From contig NEEC01000031.1 in the NCBI GenBank assembly GCA_002189035.1, forward strand, positions 186,001 through 250,000: a DNA stretch of 64,000 nt. The letters are read 5' to 3'. Below, in pieces: positions 1 to 13,227 of this stretch; within the stretch, counting starts at the first letter, position 1, and each line of letters begins with the position of its first letter. Source of the DNA: Utricularia gibba (lineage: Eukaryota; Plantae; Magnoliophyta). The position numbers and the translations under genes are program-made. The notes beneath the pieces are model-generated. The model searched no databases and was not told the DNA's origin. It saw nothing but the letters and a program-made list of their open reading frames with translations.

Positions 1-717
1 CCAGATCCGTTGGTTACGTGTTTTTGGGTTTCAGTTCGATATAATGACAGGGATTTTGAAGGGAAAAAAGAAGATGCGAAACCTGGGCATGGTCCGTGAT
101 TCCGATGGAGGCAACAGGGCCATCGTGCTTCACCCATTCATGGGATTTGGCGTATTTCAGTCCCTCGAGAACTACAACAGAAGCCCAACAAGGAAAAAAT
201 TTATCTTGAAGTCTTGAACAATTAGCGTTTGAAAGATCTGCAGTGGCGTTTACCGGTTGAGAAGCATCTGGAGAGTGAAAATGCGGAGGAAACTGATGCT
301 GACTTCGCTGAAATCTTGAGTGGATTTGCTGCGGAGGAAGCCCAAATTCTGAGTGCCATTTTGTATGAATCTCCCAATCTATTGGAAACGTGGGAGATGC
401 CTTCTTTTTTCAGCACTACGGTGGAATAGCACTGAAAGCCTTTTCTTTCTGGTTGGTTGTGTTGTTATCTCTGATGAATGGTGGAAAATGAATGCCTCAT
501 CTTTCGACATCATGAGGTTCTTACACCTCACTCCAATTTCGTTCGTGCATCTTTGCAAGTTGTAGCATTTTTAAATGGCCTTTTATCAGTGGCTCTACTG
601 TGTATTTTTAACTAAGAACATGAGAATGCCCAAATACAGTGAAGATTTGTGTATCTGTACCAAGTATACACAGTTGGAGATTTGATGCAGTTACTTGCAG
701 TCATATCTCGGTGAGAA

Positions 718-2275
718 TCATTGGGTGTTCCAGTAAGAGGTGGGAAACCATTTTGACATCAGAGAATGCTTTGCCTTCATTATCAGCATGAAGATGCCGT
801 AGCAGGGAATATGCATCAGGGCAACAACTGAGTACCTACAGAAGTTCATCTACTGACTCGTAATGGAACGAAGGAATAACATTATCAAATCAAAAGTGAT
901 GGAGCTTGCTACCATAAGGGGGAGAATGATGATGAGAGATCAAGGAAAGGGTAAGGCCACCTGATTCAGAGCCGATTTTTTAGTAGGGATTCATCTGATT
1001 TCTATGTTACCAGTGAAATGTCAACAAACATGGCTTACCAAAGTGAGATACAGGCATGGACAATCCATTGAAAGATGACATATACTGAAGTCCAGAGGAA
1101 GAAGTAGCTGATTCTGAACCATGGGAACCTCTGCAAGGATGGGAGACTAAACTCTGTTTTTGTGCTGTTGAAATTTTTTGTGCGTAACAGATCTTTCAAA
1201 AGTACTAACCAAGCAGTTTATGGCAGTATCGCCAAGCAAAAACACCGCGTTGATGAAGTGCATGCTAGCATTCAGCTGATACAGAGATCAAATACAGCTT
1301 CAGAGAAACAGATGGTTTTCTTCTGTACGCCAAAGCTTTGATTCATCAAGACCTTTTGAGGTTTTATGGAAAGGGTATTGTTTGTGACTTACAAAATTCA
1401 GTTTGTAGTCTTTGATGGCAAGAAAGGGAACAATGATGAACCAGAAGACTATATCCGTCAATATAACAGCTCCAGCGTTCATCTTCAAGGCAACAGAAAT
1501 GCAGTCAAATATTAACTAGAGAAAAATTTCAAAATATGTCATTTACCTGGAATATGATCTGAAAGACATAAGACAAGAATCCTGCCTTTTGGTTTTCATG
1601 ATTCATGCCTTCCACCTTCTCTTCGATCTTCGACGATCCAAGGGCTCCATTTTCATGGTCAGAATGCAGGATTTCACTAATTTTATGGACATATTTGTAG
1701 CATCCATAAATGGACAGCAAAGATCCAAGCTGCAGACGCTTAACAGTCAAATTGGAAGGGTGGATTCGGAGTAAATACACTTCTTTTGAATTCTTGATAA
1801 GTATCTTACTGCGAAGTAGATGGTAACCAGTATGAAAGTCCACCTGTTGAGGAACGCAATGAAAGCTTCAGATTGGTTGAAAGATGCAGCGGAAAGGGAA
1901 TGTCATTGTATGATGTGAGGAACCAAGATGGGCCAGGAGTACTCACTGAGTGTAAAAGTAGAAGATGTTTGCTCCATCGAAGCAGACAATCAGTATCAAC
2001 ATGAGCAGAAGCACTTTGAATGCAAAAACTCTAAACACCAAGAGATAAGCAGGGTGCATACTCTTGAGACATGGCCTCCACACTTCATCTTCAATCAGGA
2101 ATCCAGGAGGCTCTTTCTGTTTGCTTAATGTGCTTCCATCGTCTAAATCCGGCTGCCGACATTCGTTCCTCAGTATGAGAATCGAGGCAACAACTATTGA
2201 CACCAGAATCCATATCCCACAGAGCAAGACCCTCCAATTCAGCCAATATGAAGTGGTAGTTGTGTCCACAGTCAT
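718..2275 (-). CDS. Multi-pass membrane protein, plant 'rolling stone-like' family (At5g62960/At1g10660-like), 7 coding exons
   Basis: ORF 1943..2488 contains MTVDTTTTSYWLNWRVLLCGIW. I traced GT-AG exons by hand: ..FYFYTQ|WTFILVTIYFA|LGSLLSIYGC..|MNAGAVILTD..|LNASMHFINAVFLLGD..|RFPWFRISYFFLW..|WPYPFLDLS..|YSVVALMHIPCY..YWNTQ* (TGA at 718-720). An in-frame ATG at 2383 could add 36 aa. Confidence 0.8.
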
Positions 2276-3683
2276 GGCTGGATGCCAAGACCTATTTGAC
2301 CCTGTTATTGAAGCTGCCAGGGTCGTGCTTTCGTACAAAAGCTTTCGTAATTGCTGCACAGTATGAGGCTGCAAAAGCTCCATGGCTTCTATGAAATCAA
2401 GAGTTTCCTTCTGAAGCTCAGCTGAATGTATGAAGAGAGTCCCTAGTAACCCCCCTTGCTGCTGCGTGCTGAAGCTTAGATGCACCAAATTTACAGCTTT
2501 TGGGATTTCAATCCAAAGCCAGAAATACTAAGAAATCCAAAAAAAAAAAAAAGGAAGAACATGAAGGCAAAGAGTTGAGATCGGCAAGCGTAGGATAGAT
2601 GTGCTGTCAATACAAAAAGCTTGGAATTGCAGGAAAGAATCATATTCACATGGACAAGATTACAGTGAATTCCCTTGATCATGGCTATCTTTGAGGAGGG
2701 CCCATCTAAAGCAAGTTAATCATAACCTTCCTCCAATGTGGGATCATCCCAGCAACTTCATTATGCCTAGAGACACCATAAAACAACCAAGAAAAGTGAT
2801 TAGCTATACCTAGCATAAACAACAACCTTGAAAATAATTGTAATATGTATCTTTCATTGAGGCTTGATTGTTTAGCTCAACTGACCCCACTAGAACAGCA
2901 ACCAAAGATTCATTGCTTCTTCGGGTAATGATAACAGAAATGCACATACGGCCTCCTCCACGGTTCTGCTTTGGAATACACAGGGAGGGGGTGGGGGGAT
3001 CACATGAATGATGCTTTTCTTCGTAAAAAAAACGTGTCAGAGGGAGAGGTTAGAGGAAAAGAAAGGTTTTGAGCGTAAGCTTTCACTTTTCTTCCAGAGA
3101 TGTTCATATTCCTGTTCACCCAGAGTTTCCATTTCATCAATAAAAAATGACATAGTTCCAACACTTCTGTATAAAAAAATAGGAGACCATGGAAGTTTCA
3201 CGTGTGGAAATATGTATGGAAATTGGAAACGTGGGGTGTCAGATGTCAGCCGGATTCTTTTCAGGGGTCCACGTTACACTGGATGCGAGAGAGAAGATGG
3301 GTCTGACTTCAGAGTGCTTTCTTTATTTGCATGGAGTAGGATTTATTTCATTGAGCACCTCATCTTTTCTATTTGGGAATCTGCCTTTTTTTCATCAAAT
3401 TCTTGCAAAAGAACGAACAAGATTTGAACTTGAGGGATTTCTTTTCCCATTCCCATTTTCGATATACATATGGTGTGTGTGTGTTTGCATGCTCGGCCCT
3501 AAAAGATGTTGGGGAAGTGGAGAGAAAGGGACAATTCCATTCGGAATATGAACCCATTCTTGCGGAAAGGGATTTCATGAATCACTCGGTCCATTGCACA
3601 GCAGCAACCCCCTGAGTGCACTGGGCGTGGAAGCACAGAGGGCATGGTGTGAGGATGACTGCTGGGAAGGCTTCGTTCCTGCC

Positions 3684-3773
3684 CCGCACACAGGCGGGCA
3701 GGCAGGCAGGCAGGCAGGCGGGCAGGCAGGCAGGCGCCACTCCGGTGGAACAAAGCTGAACTGAACTGAACTG
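3684..3773. repeat. (GGCA)n tetranucleotide tract followed by a short (GAACT)n pentanucleotide repeat
   Basis: caggcgggcaggcaggcaggcaggcaggcgggcaggcaggcaggc at about 3691-3735, then ctgaactgaactgaactg. Confidence 0.8.
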
Positions 3774-5173
3774 GTGGGAGTTGAAAGAAGCAAGTCGTCA
3801 TGGTCATGCTGCTGTGGAAAGCAGATGAAACCCCTACCCGCTGTAGCCTCCTGTAGACACATCAATTACAATCAATGCCCCTGTCCCAAAAGCCTACGTG
3901 AAAAAAAAAAGAATAGTTTTTTTTTTCAGAATAAATTTCATTTTGAGGAGCAATTAATAATTTTGGTGGGAGGTGGGGTGTTTTTAAATAATTTATATAA
4001 TAATTTGAATCTGATTTAATAGTTTTTAAATTATATTAAAATATTTGAAAAAATAAAAATTATTGCTGAACTTGTAGAAATGAGCATTCTTTATATTTTC
4101 TTGACCCAATTATTATTCCACATTTTAATAATATTATTATTATTCTCAACGGCAACAAACATAAAACATGGCAGACGAAAAAAAAATGAATAGAAAAATA
4201 AGACAGTTGATTTCCCAATTTCGCTGGCATTGGCATAACCAACAAGAAAGCTGCTGTGGATTCGGACAACACAGTCAAGGAAAGGGAGGAAGGAAGGAAG
4301 GAAGGCGGAGATGTTGAGGCAAGCAAGGAAAAGGGAAAGCGAAAGATGGCAAGGAAAAGAAAATTCAGCTTGAATTAGGGAGATTGTGATGAAGAAGAAA
4401 ACCGGTCTGTTTGTTCCAGAGACGTCTTCCCTTTCAATTTTTCTCGCCACCAACTACGCAGCAAACCATCAATACCAACGAATGGATTCCTTCCTCTCAC
4501 CTTTTTGATTTTTTTTTTTTTTGGGTGGGTTCTTCTTTTTTCTTACCCGAAACAACATAACAACTACGACTCTTCCCACCACCATTCCACTTTGATAATA
4601 ATGGCTATTATTATTCCTACTATCTCCCAGCTTTTCATTTGCCCTTCTCCCTCTTTCATTATTTCTGTTGCCTAGCACCGCTCCTTGTGGTCATTCCGAT
4701 TGGTTCTAGATGTGGATTCACTGATTAAAGCAACGATTTTGGTGGGTGTTACCTTTTTTACAACTATACAATCGCTTCAAGATCGGTTTCGTGTAACGAT
4801 ACTCGTTTTTTCGATGAGGTCTCTGCTCTGGTTTTCTGGGTTTTTTTAGCTCATATGATTTGTGTGAATCATGGGATTCTTTTTTCTGTTTTCTCTTTTA
4901 AAAGGATCGGTTTTGTGAGATTTTTGAAACCAGTGCCAGGGAAATGCTTACTGCTGGATTGCTATATTGATCATTTTCTGGGTCTGCCAATTGAAAAATT
5001 GGTGGGGATGATGCTATTAGAACCTGATACTTCGATTGCTGTCTCTTTACCATCTTGATGCTTTTTTTTTTTTTTTATCTGGGATGTTTTAAGTTCAAGG
5101 GAACTCATGCTCTTCGCAAATAGTCATCGGGATTGATGTTGATCATATCGATTTCGTTACGATTTTCAGGAAT

Positions 5174-6677
5174 ATGTTGAACCCTGGAGGAACTAATGGA
5201 AACAATATTTTCCCAGGTTTTATGCAGAGCAATATGTTTCCCCAGCTCCAGTTATTTGGGCATGGTTAGTTGTTTACTTTTCCTCACTAATCATAGAAAT
5301 GCTGATCTCCTCTGTAATGTATTAAATGTGATCTCCTATGCTTGAACATTATTGCACTGTGAACAATGCAAAGCTGTTTCCTCGATGTGAAAAAGCTCCG
5401 GTATTTTTCTTTGTACGTTGGTCTCCTGCATCATCTCCCTTTGGAGAGCTCATGTATTTCCCTATTTACCAGTTACTCTGCTTATTTGTTAATGCACTAG
5501 TCATGCTTCGGTCGTATAAAAGAACCCCTGGTTTTTCTCCAATGGCATTCTCATCCATTATGTTGGTATCGCTTGATTGAGAATCAAGTTGTTCGATTTG
5601 AATGTTGGATATCCTCCCTGTATGCTTTCCTCTTCAAATGGGAGTGATCACTTGCTATATGCTCCTCATTTGTGCGATTCCTAGATTTGCTCATGCTACG
5701 CTATGGTGTGTTTTTGCCATTGTTATGCTTTTCTGCGTTCTGATTTTCTGAAATTTTGTTGCAGTTAATCCATCTGCCGGTCCTGGCACCGTGAACTATA
5801 TGAGCGCCAGCCAGGTTGCGGTTGAGAATACTCCCCCTATAAGCAGAGGTGCAGTTGGTGATGCAGTTTGCGGTCAACAGAAGCTTCCGATGTCGAATAA
5901 TAGCTTCTATCCAAGTGAACCTCTCCGAGTCAGATCAGCTTTGAATCATCATCCTGTATCCACAGGGCTTAAACTTTCTTGCGAGGAAGATGAGAGAAAT
6001 TCGACCGTCACTTCAGCAGCTGAGAATGTGACCCCTCTCGGAGTGTCCCTCGGAAATGCTGTCAAAACAGAGCTACATCGGCAAAGAGATGAGTTCTCCC
6101 AGTTCATCAAACTTCAGGTACCTACTCCGGGCTCTTAAGAAAGATGGCTGTAGTGCTTTCCAACATTATTTAACTGTGGCCTTGCATCCAGGAACAAAAT
6201 GTTCTGAAGGGTGTGCAGGAGATGAGTCAGAGACACACGGTCTCGTTGCTCGCTGCATTAGAAAAAGGCATCAACCAGAAGTTGCAGGAGAAGGATGTGG
6301 AAATCGAGAGCATGAACAAAAGAAACAGAGAATTGACTGAGAAGATAAGGCAAGTGGCTTTGGAAGCCCAGTCTTGGCACTGCAAAGCAAAGTACAATGA
6401 ATCGGTCGTGAACACCCTGAAGAGCAACATCCAGAAGCTGATGGCTCAAGGCACGGGGCAAGCTCGTGAGGGCTCGGGAGACAGCGAGGTAGACGATGCC
6501 ACCTCTTGCTCGGGGACCGGAACCCTGCTGACTTGCAGGGCTTGCAAGTTGAAAGAAGTATGCATCTTGATAATGCCCTGTCGACATCTCTGCGTATGCT
6601 CCGACTGCGACGGCTTCGTCCACAGTTGCCCCGTTTGCCAAGCGACGAAAACTGCAAGCCTTCGCGTGTACATGTAA
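5174..6677 (+). CDS. BOI-related / SBP-family RING E3 ubiquitin ligase; exons 5174-5264, 5765-6117, 6192-6677
   Basis: N-terminal PQLQLFG motif, central coiled coil (ALEAQSWHCKAKYNESVV) and C-terminal C3HC4 RING CRACKLKEVCILIMPCRHLCVCSDCDGFVHSCPVCQ. Splice phases are consistent. Confidence 0.9.
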
Positions 6678-7189
6678 GCATCCTGATGCTTGCGGATCTC
6701 CTCAAAATGATCACTCCACGCAGATTATCATGGAACTTATTTGGTGAAGGGAGGGCGATGGACACCGCCGGCTTTGCGATGTATTACTACGCTTGAATAA
6801 GTACGTGAACCACCTAATTTTTTTCCCACAGTGAGCTTGCTCTGCCGTAGACGGTGATCAAAAAGAGCTGGTCTGAAAAGAGCGTCATCTCCGGCGAGAT
6901 GGGGGCATTAAAAGTATCGAATTAATCTCCACCCTTGATCCCATCTTTCCATCCAACGGTTGGGAAAATTTTCACCAACCGGAAAATGTAAAACAATCCA
7001 GGCACAGGCACAAGCACAGGGTTGTGTTTAGTATTATTTATTATGAGGAGATGAGGAACAGAGGAATTCATTCATCGACAAGGAAAACAAGACGCAGACA
7101 GACAAGACACGCAGGCAGAGTCAGCAAGGAAAGGGATCTTTGCCTCGAGAGTACGTACACCATATGATGGATGATGATAAAGACGGCGA

Positions 7190-10100
7190 TCATGGGGATC
7201 CTCGACTGCTTTGGCCGAGCAACGAAGGTCGAGGGCTCGGGTTTGTTTCATTTCTCGGAATCTGGGACTGGGGCTTCGGCTCCTCTCCACCTTTATCTCG
7301 CCCAAACGAGGGCTCACCGCTAGCCGGGGGCTGTAAAGGGATTTCATTTCTGCTCGGGGAGACTGGCTGGAACTCGTCAGTTTTGGGCTGCGACCCACTC
7401 GTATTTCCCCGCGGCTTCTGGTCATGATCTCGTCCAGTACCTCTCCGCTGTCGGGAGTCATTGAATGGGGGGGCTGCTGAACCTGCTCCTGTTCCTGCTC
7501 CTGCAGTGGTTTTGTATCAACAGGTAAGCGAGGGGTTTGGGATGTTTCAGAAGTCCGCTTAAAAATTGCTTCTTGGACCTTAGACTTCGTATAAAACCGG
7601 CCTTTTTTTCAGGTGTCAATTTTACCTCGAAGGGCAAGTTGTAGCTTATAGCGGGTGCTTCTTCGTAGGCTGCAGCATCCAGATCTTGAAGATGAGCCCC
7701 TTTGAAGAACTTTGGAAGAATGTACTGGCGAACAGGGACCAGAAGCATGATCAGCAGAGGGAAAAGGACCCCAGCTATGGGGATCCAGGTGATGCCGAAG
7801 CAGAGGAACAAGTAGAATGTCTGGAACAATGTGAACAATGCGATTGCTTTGAAAGGCACCGTCTCGACAAAAGTTGCATGGTACGCTTCCAGGACCCTGT
7901 TCCAGCGGAGAGAAGCACTTTCTTTGAGAACTAGGAATAGGAAAATGACGAGGATCAATGTGCACGTACATGTATCTTCGGCTAGGAGCAGTAAAAAGCA
8001 ATAGAATCCTCTCCCAGAACTGGTTCCCAGGCAAGCTTTCGATCGCCATGTATGCGAAGTAGCCCCAAAGAACCGAAGTTGGGATCTTTTGTAAGATGGG
8101 CATGGCAGCTACACAAGCTGCGACCATCAATGCCTGGAGCAAATTGCTAAGGCGTTGCTCTTTCACTTCCACGGGGAGAAGATCATCAATTTCCTTATCC
8201 ACATCGAAAATTGTTTCATCAACAGGCGCATCCATATAGCCATCCCTATAAGCTTGTTGGATGGTTGAGTCTTTTAGTTCCTTGAGTCCCTGTTTGACCA
8301 CATATCTGCTGTAAGAGGTTGCTTACTTGCTAGCACGGCAATTCATTCATCATTCAAGAATTAAGCTTACTGAAGCAGCTGGAGTTTGAAAGACAAGAGG
8401 GGTCTGCATTCCCGTGTAAGCATCTTGCATCCTTCTATACAGCTGAGTTAAATTGGCGTTCTTTCGAATGCTGTCACGTGCAGTTGACACAAGCTTATTC
8501 CTCAGAAGCTGTAAGCAGAATAAAAACCAGAGATCAAAATGGTGGTAAAACATAGGGCAGATGGATGAGATTCAGGTTTAGTCATAGAAGCAAGATGCAA
8601 GCTGGATTCCACTTCTCACCTGATGTTTCAAGGTCGCCAAGCTTTTTGTGTGCATTGGGGACTGTGGAATGACTCCGTTGGAGGGAGGTATGCCAAGGAG
8701 TCCACAGATTATGACCTTATGGTTTTCAAATGCATGGAACCAGAGTTAAGAGACACTTCCTAATGAAGCTGAGCATTTTACTTGAATAGCATGACTGTAC
8801 GAATATTTACCAAGAATCCAAGAACAAGAAGATCATAATGATAAGATGAAGGCTTCTTCAGATTGAATTCCTTCTGCTGTGCTAGTTGAGATGCAACGCT
8901 ATGATCGAAGTAGTAAAGAACTGCAATCATTGTTGCCGGAATGAATGCTCCGATTATGTACAGTGCAGGAACTTTCCCCATATCCTGTGCATAATCCATT
9001 GAATTTCTAGAATTCAAGAGTGAAAGATCTCTGCATTTTTTGTATGAGCATCAGTGATAAAGGAGTAGTACCAGAATGATGGTCCAGTTTGCGTATGCAC
9101 CAGCTGACCATGGATTTGGACTGAGAAGCCGTCGTGGGATTCCTCGTGGAACATCATTGGTTGGGATGTAAGATACAGCAGTCCACACAAGAACCATCAG
9201 TGGAACACCATAGTCTGCGATGAATCCTCGAAGCCATCCTTTGAATGGCCACAATATACATCAGCAAAGTCAGGTATTTACACTAGAATGGGAAATGCAG
9301 ATTGAACACTTCGAATACCTGCTCCATATCGCCAAGATCTCGCCTTTCGACTTTTCAAAGCAGTCAGAAGAAGGCCAAATGAGAGCACCAACGCAAACAT
9401 GCCGTTTCCAAAGCGCCAAGAAGGTAAAAATGCTGTATCTTGACCATTCTCTCGTTTGGGGACTCGAAATTCTTCCACTATTCCCTGGCAATGCATCGAC
9501 GAACCTTGTCAGCAGAAAGAATTTCAAGTGTATCGGAGACGTTCTGCCAATGATACTTACCTTGATTGCCTGCTGCATGAAGAGCATTGCAATCAGAAGG
9601 CCAAACAATTCCCCAGCTAGACGTGTAAACCGGTTGATAATCGAGCAAGCACCCAAGATGGCCAACAAGAATAGCAGGAGAGCAGTCCAGACACACACCC
9701 TGAACTCAAGCAGTATAGTATCAGAGATGTACTCAAAAAGGCAAGTATCTTGGTAAGTTAGTTAATACCATCCTGTCCAGGCTAAAAACAGCTCCTGTCC
9801 CAGATCCTTTCGATCCTTAGCAAAATCAAACATGAAGGTGTACATTAAAACAGTTGGCTCTGCTACACCAAGTATAAGCAGAGGCTGCCCGCCAATGACC
9901 GAGTGGATCACACCACAAAGTGCTGTCGATGCCAGAGTCTGAACAGCAGTTAATGTTCCATCTGCAACACAAATAGTACGGTTTCTTCAGTAACTTAAGG
10001 AAAATGGGGCAGGGGATCCTGAATAGTCCAGGAAACATGACTGACTAGTGTTTCTTTCCAGTTGCTCCCCAAATGAAATAACAGGAATGGCTGATGCGAA

Positions 10101-10368
10101 GAATATGTATGTTGTTGGGGCAAGAATCCTGCAGAAGGAACATGCCTTGTTCTTTGAGGCGTCAATTTGAATATGAATATACTGCAAGTCGATGCAAAAG
10201 TCCAAGGAGCAAAGAATACAGAGACAGAACAAAAGCGCTGATTTAGATAATCGAGTAAACACACCTGATACCAGAGCTTAAACCACCGGTCCAGTCTTGC
10301 TTGTAACACAAAAGTCTTCCCTTGATATCATTTTTGATACCGCGAAAAGGAACAAAAGTTTCCTCCAT
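7190..10368 (-). CDS. BOR1: Borate exporter, clade I (BOR1/BOR2-like), multi-exon
   Basis: Start [29 protein letters not shown] at 10368. Exons include [66 protein letters not shown] and [23 protein letters not shown]. Clade-I trafficking motifs are present: [17 protein letters not shown] and [11 protein letters not shown]. The stop at 7190 assumes a 1-nt frameshift near 7252; as assembled the ORF runs to 7072. Confidence 0.9.
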
Positions 10369-13227
10369 GGAAGCACAGGTTTTTTTTTTTTAATTTTTTG
10401 CTCGTTAGGGGTGGGGATGAAATGGAAAGATTTTGAACTTGGAAACGAATCAAAAGGGACTCAAGAGGCAAAGAGACAGCGATTAAACTTGAATAAGCAT
10501 GAAGCCAACGTAGACGGTATCGACAAACTCCCTGATAAGTGCTCTATGACAAAGTTAGAACCTTTACATTATGAAGAATCTATAGCTCCCATATGAATAC
10601 AACGAACTAAATATTACAACTACGGATGAGAAATCATGGATCCAAAACTTTCCTACAGCTACTTGTATTCCATGTTCATCATAAACAAACAAAAAAAGAG
10701 GAACTCTAAGGAGTTGAATCCATAGAATTAACAAGCTTCCGAATGGAGGGAAACCAAGAAAATCAACAAAAACTTGAAACTCAGTCACATGGTTCACTTT
10801 TTATCAAAGTTTTAGAAAATTTAATCCTCTGGTGGAGCTATAGACTGAGAAATGGTAAAAATCAACCTACTTAGCGAAACCCCATTAGCGGAAAGCTTCA
10901 AACATAATCATTCAAGAAAAATGGAATAGGCAAAATAGAAAGAACAGGGAGTAATCTGAGGAATTAACGGGAACCATTACTAGTCACAGGGTAAAGGTGT
11001 GGAGAACAAGTGACAGTTTAATAGCATTAGATCGCAGAGATCCCACCTTTTTTTGCAGTTACATTACTAACACAAAAGACCCTTTTTCTGGAAAGAAACA
11101 GCTTCAAGAACTGAACAGTTCTTATTTGAACAATAAACACACCAAAATGTAACCAGAACAAAGTAGACAGAGAAAGGTGTGGGTTAAATTTCTTCTTTCC
11201 TCCTCTAATAATGTGTGTTGCTGTGCCCGTCACTTGAGAGATCACAAAATGATTCTGCTGGAGTAGGGACTGGAAAATGCAAATAGTGGGTAACAAAAGC
11301 CAGCATAAATAGAACCAAAAGCCTAAAAAGCAAACAAAAAACTCAATATCGCACAGCTAAGAAAGTTTGGTATTTTTTTGGAGGGTAAAGTTTTTTATTT
11401 TTTAGTTCAAAAGCTAGAAGTCAGGCCAGCTATTCCGCGTTGGAGGCCCTATGAATGTAATAGAATATACGCTCATTATGCAGATAAGCCAATCGAAAGG
11501 TTCTTCCTTTCTTGTCGTAAAAAATCAATGAGTCCTAAAGTTTCGATTTTTTAACCGAAATTTGAGTTACAGATTAAAACCGATATTGGGTGAATGATAA
11601 CAGTAGCTATTTTGTTTGAAGCATTTTGTGAACATAGATCACTGTTCCTTCTTCGTATTGTCTCTCTCCTTTAGAATTGCTGATTTTTAAAGGTTTTCTT
11701 TTTGACATTTTGCTTTTGTTGCCTGGGCCGAGAACGAATAAAAATAAAAACAAATAATGGGAGGGGGGGGGGGTGTAAAGGTAACACCAAAAGGGAGCAT
11801 TATTAGCTGCAATCATTCCTATTATTATCAGCAAACTCATTGATTTTTACATGAATGGGTTGCTTAGTGCGCTTGGTAGTTATTCAGGAACCTTGTCCTG
11901 TGGTCGCCTTCTGTCTTTCTTTGAGAAATGCCGCAGTTCTCTAACATGAACAGCACAGCACAGCACAGGTTGGGGGTTTACTCCCCTGGTAATAATAACC
12001 CAACCAGAGAGAGGCACTGGGTGGTTGTCGGCGTGTGTGTGTTTGGAAGAAGGGTGGGGGTATCTTTTTCAAATTCCAAGACAAACGCAAGTGGGGAGTG
12101 GGGGTGGGGGTAGGAGGGGATTGCATAATAATGGAGACAGATGCTCCACGAAGTCAACTCTCACTCATCATCGGGTCGCCAGACTTTTGGATGTTTGGAG
12201 GATGGTGATGCCCATGCCATGGATGCACCCCCCTTCTCACCATCAGCTCAGCAAGAGGGTGAAACGTGAAAAATGATATTCATCATGCGCTTGCTTTTAG
12301 GCTTCATTTTCAAAGTAGGAGCAGGAGGGGCACATCACTGATTGGCTCCCTCCAAAAAGGGGAGAGAAGGAAGGAATTCCAATCTCTCATCTTTAATCTC
12401 GCTCTGGTGTCTGGTCTGGTGTTGCCTAACACGCTAGATGCTGATGGTAGGTTAGAGTTGCTGCACGTCTGCATTGACCGGCCCGGCCCCTGAGGGCAGG
12501 GCTGGTTGTTCCAGTGAGCAGAGCCAACCACTAGGCGGTGATGCTATCACCCACGCCTGAAGACCATGCTCAGTCATGGCTACCCCACTGATGTTTATCT
12601 ACTTAACAAACACTCTCAGGCTACAACCACGCCTCTGGAAAAGCCAAAACTGCGACGACTCAAACCTGGTTGCCGTCCAAATGATGAAGAATGTTTTCTC
12701 AAGGATTGTTGAAGTTTCGAGTTTCCAGAGAGTGAAGACTCACAGCAAAATGCACAAGGTCAGGTGCCCCTGTTGGGTGTGGGTACTCACGCCACAGTCA
12801 AGAAAGGGGTGGATGTTAAAAGAGCAGCCCCTACAACGGACGTGGACTTGATAATTAACTCCACACCATACCAATAATGAACACGGTGCATGATGTTTCA
12901 ACTTCAGAGCATCATGGTCTCTCGAATCATTGGACGCACGTCTCCCCATAATTTTTATATCATAGGCTAGGAAATATAGACAATGGGCAGTACACTTACA
13001 TATTATTAGGCATTTGATGGGCCTCCATCAGCATCAATCCTTACACATGGTCTTTTCATAGCATGTGAAAACCTGCATAAGCGTTTCCCAACATCACCTT
13101 TCCGTGCATTCACATTTCACAAGTTCTGCATGCGTCAATGCCTCACTAGAAGCTGTACCTTCTACACCATCGAATTGGTAAATTCAGGAATCCGTGTCCG
13201 AGTGTTATATTCTCCTCCTTGTCGATT

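Noticed and set aside
11900-13200. About 1.3-kb gene-free interval checked for miRNA hairpins, MITEs and small peptides
   Set aside because: No conserved plant miRNA sequence, terminal inverted repeats or recognisable peptide motif; consistent with the BOR upstream region and the PORR 3' region.
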